The notes under the pieces were generated by a model. It did not search any database. It was not told where the DNA came from and saw only the letters and a program-made list of their open reading frames with translations. Of a DNA stretch of 64,000 nucleotides, positions 1-11,694 are shown one piece after another (the stretch's first letter is position 1; the number at the start of each line of letters is the position of its first letter). The position numbers and the translations under genes are program-made. The stretch is from the human T2T-CHM13v2.0 reference genome, Homo sapiens: the NCBI RefSeq assembly GCF_009914755.1, contig NC_060940.1. The stretch is one strand, 5' to 3'.

Positions 1-7
1 AAATATC

Positions 8-120
8 AGTTTAGATTTTCAGATATTTATATGGCTTTCACAGTGTGCTAGGACCTATGTAGATGAGCTTAGATTCTCAGATATTTATTTGGCTTTAACA
101 GTGTGCTAGGATCTATGTAG
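8..120 (+). repeat. 58-bp tandem duplication
   Basis: ttagattttcagatatttat...ggacctatgtag at 11 repeated as ttagattctcagatatttat...ggatctatgtag at 69. Confidence 0.9.
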
Positions 121-130
121 CTGTTGTTAC

Positions 131-668
131 CAAAAGATGTACACAAGAAAGTTCCTAGCAACAATATTTGGAGCCCCAAAGTGGAAATAGTCCAGATACC
201 AGTTGAGAGTAGGATAGATAAAGAGACTCAATACAGCCACATAATGGAATACTCTATGATGATTAAGATAAAGATAAATATAGTAACCTGGATACTATAC
301 AGTGATCAGTGATTATTGTTATAGTGATTAGAATAAACTACCACAACTCACAGCCACATGATGAATCTCGTGGCATGTAATGTCGAATGAAGAAGCCAAA
401 TAGGAGAGAGTGCATACTGTATGACCACATTAGATGCCATGCAAATGCAGGTAAAACCAATCTGTGGTATTAGAGGCTAGAATAACGTAGCCTCTGGGGA
501 AGAGGTTAGGAATTTTACTCAGGAAGGGAGGGGACTGGTAATGTGTCATGTTATGGCCTGGTTGCTGGACAGTTGGTTGTGCTTACTTTGTAAAAATTCA
601 TTGGGTTGTATGTTCTGATTTATGTGCTTATATGTGTCTACATTATGCTTCAATTAAAGGTTTACTAA
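131..668 (+). mobile_element. Old L1M (L1ME/L1MC-type) 3' end fragment
   Basis: atggaatactct, gaagccaaataggagagagtgcatactgtatga and tgtaaaaattcattgggttgta...cttcaattaaa resemble old L1 3'UTR. Confidence 0.7.
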
Positions 669-1163
669 ACAAATAAGCCTGTTCAGCAGAGACCAAAAAG
701 CACGTAGTACAATTCTATGCTTACCCACAAGGGGCCTCAAAGTTTACAGGAGGAGGCAGACAGGCAAATGCATGCACAGATAATGAGTTGTGATACCCAT
801 AATAATAGAATTGTGTACCACATGCAGAATCACCATTGAGGGGAGCATGATCAGCCGTCACAGCCTCTGCTTGTGTCAATGCCCTGTGCTCCATTTGTTC
901 ATGCAGGGGGCCCATCTTCCCTATTCCTTCCCACACATGAATAAGGTATTCCATGGCAGGAACTTTGCTCACATCTGTCCACTCTCCATATCAGCACCAC
1001 TGCCTTCATTTTGTACAGCCATCTTTGATGCAACACTGAACTCGTTGGAACTGGGTCTCTTGGCCTCTCTTCCTGCCCTTCTTTAAATCACTTGCTATAA
1101 CCCAGATCTGCCAAATTATAATCATTGTATTGGGTCCTCTGGATTCTTAAAAAGTACCCTGTG

Positions 1164-1448
<285 letters not shown>

Positions 1449-1694
1449 GCACCCTGTGTGATTCTGATGCACCCCAATCCTTGAGAAGCACTCCTCTTCA
1501 CTGGAAGCAGAGCACACACCTGATCTTGACTCTCTCCACACAACAAATCGTCCAGGGCTACCAGAAAGCACCATAACTTACTGGCTTTTCCCAACTTGTT
1601 TCCCAGAGACATTTTCAGCCTCATTTCCACCCTTCCCTTCTAGATCCCCACCATTCTAGATTCCCACCATCCCTGCCCCGTTTTAAGTTTGCCT

Positions 1695-1949
1695 CTATTC
1701 ACCTAAAAACATATGGACTATTCCATATGGACTGAGCATGAAAGAAATATAGTTCCTCAAAGTAAATTAAGGAGCTGTTTTCAGAGGAAAGGAAATGGAT
1801 GGTGGATAGGCAAGAAAATGTGGCCCACTAGAATTCTATATGGTGCTGCATATTGTGCTGTATACATATATGGTGCATGCGTATGTGTACATATGTGTAC
1901 ATGTATACATTACATGCACATATACCATATGTGTGTATATGGTGCTGTA
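1695..1949 (+). repeat. Upstream copy of ~250-bp direct repeat (partner 3712-3952)
   Basis: About 90% identical, including a 62-bp exact match tagttcctcaaag...ggtggataggc. Confidence 0.95.
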
Positions 1950-1953
1950 GGTA

Positions 1954-2223
1954 TATACATGCGCATGTATACACCATATACATGCGCATGTATACACCAT
2001 ATACATGCGCATGTATACACCATATACATGCGCATGTATACACCATATACATGCGCATGTATACACCATATACATGCGCATGTATACACCATATACATGC
2101 GCATGTATACACCATATACATGCGCATGTATACACCATATACATGCGCATGTATACACCATATACATGCGCATGTATACACCATATACATGCGCATGTAT
2201 ACACCATATACATGCGCATGTAT
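1954..2223. repeat. 23-bp minisatellite (TATACATGCGCATGTATACACCA) x ~11.7
   Basis: Unit starts at 1954, 1977 ... 2161, 2184, 2207; identical copies. Confidence 0.97.
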
Positions 2224-2411
2224 CCATGCGCATGCATAGGCATGTATATATATGTATATGTATACACGTATATGGTATATACATGTACATGTATATGTAT
2301 ACACGTATATGTATATACATATACGTGTATATGTATACACGTATATGGTATATACATGTACATGTATATGCATACACGTATATGGTATATACATGTACAT
2401 GTATATGCACA
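2224..2411. repeat. Degenerate TA/CA/TG simple repeat
   Basis: Recurrent gtatatgtatacacgtatatggtatatacatgtacat units. Confidence 0.85.
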
Positions 2412-2504
2412 TCGTTAATTCTCATTCCCTGAATCTGTTTTGCTATTTAGCCCTCATCCCTGTGCCTTTGAATAGCCTATAATGTCTTCCACATTCTTAA
2501 GGGC

Positions 2505-2757
2505 CTTCTCATCTCCTACTTATCTTCAATACCCAGCTCAAATATTGACTCTGTGCAGCTCTCCTCAATGGTCCTGAGCACCCTGTGGTTCTGCTCAGTC
2601 ACCCACACATGCCAGGATTAGATCACTTCCCTCAAATGTCACTCTGCCAGATCTGACTCTTCACTCCACTGAGAAGGCACTCAAGTGTGCACACTCAGAG
2701 CTTAGCACCTGCCTGGAACACGCGAGTTCGTCAAGGACATGTCTTGATTGAGTGAAG
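2505..2757 (+). mobile_element. L2 3' end fragment
   Basis: cttcaatacccagctcaaatat; gcttagcacctgcctggaacac...gattgagtgaa. Confidence 0.5.
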
Positions 2758-2889
2758 TCCATCAGCACAAAGTCACTTGGGCACAGGCATCTTGCTGTGG
2801 GATAAAACGTAACATTTGTGAACTCTGGGTTGGGAAACTATGTGGTAATTCACACTTAATAGGTCAGAGATATCTCAGAGATAAGCTGC

Positions 2890-2932
2890 CCAACCTACTC
2901 ATGCTCCTTCTGTTGTTTCGTTTGTTTCCCAG
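2890..2932 (+). promoter_or_regulatory. CDH13: 3' splice site of CDH13 intron 2 (putative branch region ctactcat, polypyrimidine tract, AG)
   Basis: caacctactcatgctccttctgttgtttcgtttgtttcccAG directly before the exon. Confidence 0.9.
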
Positions 2933-3141
2933 TGACCTTCAGTGACTGTAAGGGAAACGACAAGCTACGCTATGAGGTCTCAAGCCCATACTTCAAGGTG
3001 AACAGCGATGGCGGCTTAGTTGCTCTGAGAAACATAACTGCAGTGGGCAAAACTCTGTTCGTCCATGCACGGACCCCCCATGCGGAAGATATGGCAGAAC
3101 TCGTGATTGTCGGGGGGAAAGACATCCAGGGCTCCTTGCAG
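2933..3141 (+). CDS. CDH13: CDH13 (T-cadherin) internal coding exon 3, 209 bp, prodomain; phase 1 start, phase 0 end
   Basis: Translates to (L)[69 protein letters not shown], which I recognise as the human CDH13 propeptide. Preceded by a pyrimidine tract and cccAG (2931-2932), followed by cag|GTAAC (GT at 3142-3143). Confidence 0.97.
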
Positions 3142-3227
3142 GTAACACATCTGTTTGAGATAACTTGGGTTCAAGGAGGACATTAGGTTCTGTCTGTCTT
3201 ATGTGGAAAATGGGTCTTTAATTTATT

Positions 3228-3833
3228 ATGTTGGCTAAGATTCCTTTTGTTATTGTTGTTGCAAATGACAGAAATCCAACTCAAAAAATGTAGATGAGGG
3301 GCAGCGGGAATTAATTGATTCATGTAACTAATTGAGGCATAGTTCGTGGATTAATTCATGGAACTATTTTAGGGATACTTCTGCCTTCAGGCGTGGCTGA
3401 AGCTGTCCAAATCAGCTTTAATCCCTGTGCATCTCGTGGCTCCATTTTCCTTTTATTAGATGTATTGAGACAGTCACATCTCTCCCTGCCTCCCAAGGTG
3501 GAGGTCTCAGCAACTACCCTCTTTCTGCTGGTCTGAAGTCGCCTGAGAAAGCATCTCTTCAAGACGATGCTAGCAAAACCTTGGAATTCAGTCTCGTAGG
3601 TTAGATCATGTGTCCACCCCTGAACTAAACATGGTGTCCATTGGGTTGTGATGTTCTGGTTGGCCACGTCTCGGTCACATTTCTTTTCCTGAAGCCAGGG
3701 CAGAGTCAGCCCTATTCACCTGAAAACTCATGGACTGAGAGTGAAAGAAATGTAGTTCCTCAAAGTAAATTAAGGAGCTGTTTTCAGAGGAAAGGAAATG
3801 GATGGTGGATAGGCCAGAAAAGGTGACCCACTA
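3228..3833 (-). mobile_element. MLT1K-like MaLR LTR
   Basis: gttgcaaatgacagaaatccaactcaa, gatcatgtgtccacccctgaac, and terminal aaggaaatggatggtggataggc...cccacta motifs. Confidence 0.7.
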
Positions 3834-4073
3834 GAATTGTATATGGTGCTGCATATTGTGCTGTATACATATACGGTGTATGTGTATGTGTACATATGTG
3901 TACATGTATATATTACATGCACATATACCACATGTATGTATATGGTGCTGTATGTGTATATGTTGTACATGTATGTGTATACCATATACAGGCATATGTA
4001 CCATATACTTATGTGTATATGTACACATACATATGGTATATGTGCATGTAATGTATACACATATGTATACATC
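3834..4073. repeat. TA/TG-rich simple repeat
   Basis: Alternating purine-pyrimidine low-complexity sequence. Confidence 0.85.
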
Positions 4074-4171
4074 CACATTTAATATATCAAAGATATCTCA
4101 AAGCTAACCTGCCCAACCTACTCATGCTCCTCCTGTTGTTTTGTTTTGTTTCCCATTGACCTTCAGTGACT
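4074..4171 (+). repeat. Degenerate copy A of the exon-3 acceptor region plus first 15 exon bases (AG>AT)
   Basis: Aligns to 2851-2947 at ~89%; cccAT at 4152-4156. Confidence 0.95.
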
Positions 4172-4266
4172 TCAGTATATCTATGTGTGTATATGTATAT
4201 ATGTATATGTAATTGTTTACGGTTCTGTATATATATACGGTGTATATGTATGTCTATATGTATACA

Positions 4267-4366
4267 TTTGCATTTAACAGGTCATAGGTATCTCAGAGAT
4301 AAGCTGCCCAACCTACTCATGGTCCTTCTGTTGTTTTGTTTTGTTTCCCAATGACTTTTGGTGACT
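4267..4366 (+). repeat. Degenerate copy B of the exon-3 acceptor region plus first 15 exon bases (AG>AA)
   Basis: Aligns to 2849-2947 at ~88%; cccAA at 4347-4351. Confidence 0.95.
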
Positions 4367-6299
4367 TCAGTATATATATGTGTGTATATGTGTATACGTA
4401 TGTACAGGCATACACATACTATATATGCGCATATACTGTGTATATGTATGTGTGTATATACATACACATGGTATATCTGTATTATATGTGTGTGTAATTG
4501 CATATCGTGCTTCTCGTTTGCCAGGCAGCAGTGCTTGTTCCCTTCCACAGGCACATGCATGCAGATCCCTGCACTCCCACACATATGCATACACTTTATA
4601 AGTGTCACAAACTGCCATTCAGGCTTCCCGATTGTGCCATTCGGAGACTTTTTGCTACTACTGACTCCTGCCTTCTTCACCAGGAGCTCAGGGACTCCAC
4701 CTTCGTGAGAAAAGGAGGGCAAGACACACAGCAGGATTCCAGCCAAACAATGACTTAATGATGGCATGCCCCTGCTTGGCATGCCTAGCCTTCTCTCCTA
4801 CCTGCGAGCTTGGTCTTCCTCGATTTTTCACAGCCCCTAATTCACATCCCTTTTCTCCACCTGCCATATTAGCCACATCCCTGCTTGATCTACTCATTTT
4901 GTTCAGTGGTGGAGCGAGTGTGGGTCACACAGCTGGGAGCAGAGACAGTACAACTGGCAATGTGAGAGTTACCTTCCCGCCAGTGCTGTCTGTGTGATCT
5001 TGAGAGCATCATATAGCTTCTTTATCTGTAGAATAGAGAGGTTAAACAGCCTGCAGTGGCAAATAAGTGGCTCATGTGCCACCCTACTGTCACCGTGCTC
5101 GTGGCAGATATTGCTAATAACCCCTGGCTTAGCCTGAGTATCCTTCTCACTGCAATGCTTCTGGAACCTACTATCAATTGATCATTTAGTGGTGTTTCTG
5201 AGGGTGGAACCTATCTGCCATTCCTGGGCTGGATGAACTTCACAATTCCCCTTCAGCATCTGTGAAGCTGTGAGTTAAGGATAGATGGCAACCTAAAAAC
5301 CAATGTACGGCACGTCAGTCATGTTTCAGAGCAAACTGGATATTGGTGAATTCATACCAGTGTGGAAATCCATTGACACCACAAAGGCAAGCTTTTCTCT
5401 TACTTAGCCATGACCAATGGTCACAGCATCTCACTAATCTGTGATATAAATTATGTGGCAAATATCTAAAGCAACAAAGTTGCCAGGATATACAGCAAAA
5501 ACAATGTTCCATAGAAACATGGAAATGGTATGGTGAGGGGGTTTGCCCATGGGCTTGAATGCATTTAGATGGCGATTGTTCTTCGTGAATGGTGGCTCAT
5601 CTTTCTATCTGGAAAAGATACTGTCATCGTATTTTGCTTCAAAGAGAGCAGAAGATCTTCTGGGCAGGTTCTCGGGACCAACCCCACCTTGAGGGCCTGG
5701 GAGAGCTGGGTTCATTATGAAAACTCAGCCACGCATTGTTTGTACCTCAAGTTTCTGTGAGATGCCATCCAGAGACAAAGCTCCCCTGAGTCCTGGCTGT
5801 TTCTCGCTTGCTGCTGTCTGTACGCATTTTCGACAAAACTTGCCTGTGATTGTTTTTGCTTCTTATAAAGGGGGCGGAGGCTGCCGTGTCCTTCAGTTTG
5901 CCAGACTTCAGCAGAATGGGGCATTCATCTCCCACGTCCAGTAATTTTATGAGATTTGAAAAAAGGCTTTGTGAAGATGTGTAGCTGTGTCCTTCATAAA
6001 AACGCCTCAAAAAAGGAAAAAAAAATAAAAAGAAAATGAAGGAAAACAAAATAGATAGCAAAAGAATCCCTCTGAAGAGAGCACATACCTCAATGGATAT
6101 GCACGTGGTATGTTTGCAGGTCCTACTGTGTGCAGCCAAGTGGGCCAGCTGCTAGAGAAGAAAATCAGTGAGTGCCTGAGTCAGCTCAGCTCCTGTTGGG
6201 GAGGGAATACGAATGTGTGCATTGATGCTTGGGTACCAGGCGGGGAGCTAACAGTGATGGATGATCTCTGCATTTGGAGAGGGGAGAGGTCAAGGGGAG

Positions 6300-7060
6300 C
6301 TGGGCTGGTCCTCAAAGCACCAACCATGTGCCAGGTGTTGCTCCATGGGCTACAAATGCTGACTCACGTAACCTCCTTAGCAACTGGAGGCAGATGCTAC
6401 TGTGTTCTGCCTCATAGTGAGTTTTTACTGATTTTACTGATGGAGGAACTGAGGCACAAAGAGCCAAGTGACATTTCCAAGGTCTAAAAATGAATAACAA
6501 GCTGGATGGAAGTGAGACTTGAGCCTGGGCAGCCTGGCCCCTGAGTCCGTGCCTCCAACCCCTGCATGAGCTGGACTTTGAAGGACGGGTCATTGTGCAT
6601 AGTTGGGAGGGTCTACGAGGGAAATGTTGGCCTGTCTTCATGGTGTTTCTCTTCTAAGCTGTGTTACCTTCAGTCAATTGCTTTACCTCCTGAGCCTCTA
6701 TGTAGTTTTGATTTTTTCGTCTGTAACATAGGGATAATAGACTTGTTTGGATCTTCCTGTGGATTCAATGAGACGATACATGTAGCAGTAATGTATAGCA
6801 CTCAGCTGATGCTACAGCAATGACCAACACTGATGCTTACGTAATACTTACTATGTGCTAAACCCTGGGTTTATTCAAGTCTTTCATCCTCACAACAGTA
6901 TGCTAAGGGAAGCTGTTACTGTTACTGGTGCTGTTATCATTTGCATCTACTGGGTGAGGAGACTGAGACACAATGGGGCTGTTTCTTGCTCTGGACACTT
7001 AGCTAGTAGGTGGCGGAAGAGGGCCTTAGACCTTAGCAGCATGGCTCTGGCTCTGGAGCT
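6300..7060. mobile_element. Cluster of MIR fragments
   Basis: gatggaggaactgaggcaca, cctcctgagcctc...tctgtaacataggg and gaggagactgagacac MIR core motifs. Confidence 0.65.
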
Positions 7061-7066
7061 CTCCTC

Positions 7067-7372
<306 letters not shown>

Positions 7373-7899
7373 TGGAGCTCTCTGCTTTAACAGTAGGTTC
7401 TATTGGCTCACCATCTGGAACAGAGTAAACCTGCACAATGTTCACTCCCACAAATGCAGTTACAACAGAGGCAAGCAAGGCCTGCAACCCAGAATGCCAG
7501 ATTGTCAGGACCAGCTCAGTGCCCTTCCCACTTTCCCTCTTCCCGTGGCTGAACCTGATAGAACACTCCTGTGGCTGCCTGTAAATTCTGACCCTTGATA
7601 TCTGGCTCCCACTCTGCATCCCTCTCCCTTGCACCCTGTGTTCTGCTTCTTCCCAGCCCTTTGGTTGGTGATCTTGTCGTGCAGCCTAGATGCAATTCAT
7701 CTTCTCATTCTCAGGCAGGAAATCTGCAGTTCCCGGAGATGATTTGGCTCCACCTCAAGGATTAGCCTGCACACCCATACACCCCACACAAGCCAGGGTC
7801 CAGCATCCCAGGGTCCACTTTTCTTGGCCAGAGGAAGCTGGAACAGAAAGGGAATGCTAAATAAAAGCATGGGAACATGTGGGCAGACAGGATGGAGAC

Positions 7900-8640
7900 A
7901 GCATCTGAAGACCAGGAGGAGGGATTCTAGATTGATATGACAGGAGCTATGGAGCCACTGTAGGTTCTTAAGCAGAGAAACAGGCAGGATAAAAATAGTC
8001 CTTGGTGGTGTTCATCCAGGAGCCTTGACTGGAGTAGGGAGAGACTAGAGCTACTAGTTGAAATAATAGCTACTACTATTTTTTGAGAATTGATTTCATG
8101 GAGCTTTCTTACGGTCATGCATCTTAGTCTATGTTTAGCCTATGTTATTTCTAATTCTCACAACCTCCCTGTGGGGTTACCGAGATTACCCCTTCCTGCA
8201 GATATGGGAACCTTGCCAAGAGACTCTAACTTGAAACTGACAAAAATGAGATTGAAATTCTGGCCTCTGCCTAAATACCCATTCTCCTTCCTGCCACTTT
8301 GCTGCTAGAAGGCTGTGCCACTGGGGAGGCTGCTGCCATTGCCCATGGGTCTAGGAGATGAGAGCATCAGTTAGAGCAACATGGGAGCAATGGAGGGAAA
8401 CCAGAAGCAAGATTTGCCAGAAAGGAAGAAAGAGCCAGGATCCCGTATCTGGATGATTCCAGATTGTCTAGCCTGGAGGATGGAGATGAATTGGACCAGT
8501 CAGGAAAGAAATGTTAGGGAAAGACGTCTAGTCAGGCTTGAGTGTGTTGATTTATATGCTCCTAGGGACATCTTTATAGAGATGTCCAGGAGTCAATGGA
8601 CAATGTGGGACTGGCTGCTAGAGTACAAATTTGAAGGAAG
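7900..8640 (-). mobile_element. L2 fragments (interrupted)
   Basis: ggagccactgtaggttcttaagcagagaa; ggagatgtccaggagtcaatgga. Confidence 0.5.
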
Positions 8641-8830
8641 AACAGCATAGTGGTGGGAGTTTTGGCTTATGTTGGACATGAGTGGGTTCAAATTTCTGCT
8701 ATGCCACTTACTCATTGTGTGACTTGGGCAAGTGACTCAATTATCTGAATCCCAATATCCTCATCTATCAAATAGGGATAAGAACAGTCTGTGTCACAGA
8801 GTTGTTCTCCTGGGCATAGCACCAGACATC
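8640..8830 (+). mobile_element. MIR
   Basis: gggttcaaatttctgctatgccacttac...ttgggcaagtgact...cctcatctatcaaatagggata. Confidence 0.75.
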
Positions 8831-11163
8831 AAGGGACAGTTCCCATCAATGGTATAATTTTGGAACCTCAGGAGGAAGGATAAGGAACTGAGGGCTAAGT
8901 GTATTCACTGAGGCCCTGAGACAGAAGCCAGAGATGGGGAACAGGAAGAGAAAGTAAAGCCAATGAAAAGAAAGGGAAGGCATGCTCAGAGAGGTAGGTG
9001 GGACCGCCAGCCTAACCAAAACAGGGGCGATTTCACACTTGCTCATTTCATGTCACTGTGTTTTGGAAGGAAAGATTCTCTAAGGCAAATATAATCACAG
9101 TTAAGCCTATTTTAGCTGTGGTAACTGGAGCCTGGCTCTTCTTTAATAAAAGGAGCCTGGCCTCTCTTATTTTTACCTGCTACTTATGACCCTGTCTCAC
9201 CTGCAAAACATATACCCCAAATCTGTGAGGTCTGATTGTTAATGACTTAATTATAGACTCACAAGCTATTTCTGCATTTTTAATGGGCTTCCCAGAATCT
9301 AGTACCTGCCTGGCTTATGTAAGATCACCTTAGATCTGAGTAGGCAGAAGAGCAGTTTAATTCCAAGTCTTTTGACAGGCTCTGACAAATTGTTATGGAA
9401 GATAGTGAGGTTAACCTTCCGTGCACAAAAGGGCTCTCCTGTCTGTGGAAGGTCATGATGAACTTGACACACCAAGTTATGTCTGGACAGAATCATGACT
9501 TTTCCCCACCAAATCTGCTGTTTCTCATGGCCCAACAAGGATGAAACGAAAAACAGTGGATGAGGGGTCTGCGTGTGTGTGTTTGTGTGCACACATGCGT
9601 GTTCGCCTTGTATGTAGTTTCAAAAGTTTACACAGAAAAGCTCCATGCTTCGTTCCTCACGCAGAAATGTCTTTATCTGCCATATAAATGGGATTCAACA
9701 ACTTCATTTTCTGGCCTGGCCAACGAAAACACTCACAAAGTAAAAACACCATACTTACTCTTTCTTTCTGAGTTAAGAACTTGTAGCTTGCCTGATTATA
9801 GATCATGGCAAGTAATTCTGACATCAGTTAACGAACTTGATGAAGTCAGGTTGGGAAGTGACATCAAGGGGCTTAGAGGAATTTATTCTGACATTGGGTT
9901 TGGGAACTAAAGATACTGTACCTCCAGGCTTCGTCTTGAAACATGGAAGCCCACACACTAAACAGTGGTAGAATTTAGATGCCTACGGCCAGGCAGCTGG
10001 TCCTTATGAACAAAGCAAAAGTCTCCCATGGCCCAGGTTCCCACGGAGAGTTATGAGGGCCACAGGCTATATACGCTTGGATCCAGCTTCACTGCTCCCA
10101 GTCTGGAGTTATTCCTCAAATGCACCTGATCACTTCGCTCCTCTGCTTAATAGGCTCTCACTTCCTGATCAGCTCACCTGGCCTTGGGGATAAATTCTAA
10201 AGACAGCATATGTCTGAAAAGGTCCTTTGTGGTTTAGCCTGACTGATCTCTGCAGCCTTCTTTCAAGTCTCATTCCTGCTCATCTCTAAGTGGCTTGACC
10301 TGCGGAATTGTCACCTTCTCCAAGAGCCTTCCCTTCCTGTCACCCTCGCCTCTTGTCCCCATCCCAAGAAAGGATCTCCCCTACTGGTCTCACTCTTGGC
10401 ATCAGTGCTTTTCCTTCCTAGGCTTCTTCTCAATTTGTAATTATGTATTTACTTTCTTGTTCAGGTGTTTAATGTCCGCCTTGGATGAATATAGGAACAG
10501 TCTCTTCCCTGCCTCCCTCCCTTCCTTGTTTCTTTCCCTTCTTCCTTCCTGTGTGTTCACCACTCTATCCTCAGCACCCTGCCCAGTGCCTGGCGCAGAG
10601 TATTCAGTGGATGCCTTTTGAATACATGGATGAGTGGAGCGAGTTACCCCTCTCACACCCTACATTGAACTCTCCCTCCTTCAATACCAAATCACTTGTG
10701 GTTTCTTGAATTGGCCAAGCTTTCCCATCCCTTCACACTGGCTACTCCTCTGTCTGGACATTGTTCCTTCCACTGAGGTTCCACCTACCCTATGGTCAGC
10801 ACCATTGATGCTTCAGAACCAGCCAAGATTTTCCTTCTTTGGGAACAGCTCTCTGAATATCCCCCAGCTGGCTAGGTGTTCTTTCTCCAGGCTCCTGTAG
10901 ACACCTGCCTGGCTCTCTCTACTCATAGTACTAAACAAAACAGTCTGCTTTCTTCTGCTTGTGCCTGTCTTAATGCTGAGCTCCTGAGCTGAAGGCCCTC
11001 GCTCCCATGCAGCACACTAAGATCACTCTGGGGCCAGACCACCTTGGCATGAATCCCAGTGCTGCATTTACTACCTCTGCTCCAGGTTCCTCAGCTGGAA
11101 AAGGGGTTCATAATTGTGTGAACCTCATGGGGATGCTGTGAGGATTCAATGAATCAACACGTG

Positions 11164-11694
11164 TGTATTAGTCAAGGTTCTTTAAAGACACAGAACTAAT
11201 GTGATAGATGAATATATGAAGGGGAGTTTATTAGGAGAATTGACTCACATCATCACAAGGTAAAGTCCCATCGTAGGCCATCTGCAGGCTGAGAAGCCAG
11301 GAAGTCAGTCTGAGTCACAAAACCTCAAAAGTAGGGAAGGTGATGGTGCAGCCTTCAGTCTGTGGCCGAAGGCCCCAGAGCTTCTGGCAAATCTCTGGTG
11401 TAAGTCCAACAGTCCAAAAGCTGAAGAACTTGGAGTGTGATGTTCGAGGCCAGGAAGCATCCAACATGGGAGAAAGATGGAGGCCAGAGACTCAGCCAGT
11501 CTGCTCTTTCCATGCCTGGTTTTATGCTGGCAGCTGATTAGTTGATGCCCACCCAGACTGAGGGTGGGTCTGCCTCTCCCAGTCTACTGACTCACATGTT
11601 AATATCCTTTGGCAACACCCTCACAGAAACACCGGGGAACAATATTTTGCATCCTTCAATCCAATCGAGTTGACAATCAATATTAGCCATCACA
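11164..11694 (-). mobile_element. MLT2A-type (ERVL) solo LTR inserted in a MIR
   Basis: tgtattagtcaaggttct ... caatccaatcgagttgacaatcaatattagccatcaca termini. Confidence 0.88.

Noticed and set aside
1954-2223. CRISPR-like palindromic repeat array
   Set aside because: The linker is an invariant 5 bp rather than unique spacers, there are no cas genes, and the context is a human intron.
1713-2482. Long ORFs in all six frames (up to 239 aa, H/Y/M/C-rich)
   Set aside because: Artefact of the stop-free 23-bp palindromic minisatellite and its flanking simple repeat.
2932-3186. Stand-alone 84-aa ORF
   Set aside because: The GTG start is the acceptor G plus exon bases and the tail VTHLFE... is intron read-through; the real unit is the spliced exon 2933-3141.
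4074-4500. Functional duplicate or mutually exclusive exon 3
   Set aside because: Only 15 exon bases are copied, the AG is mutated, and simple repeat follows with no cadherin frame.
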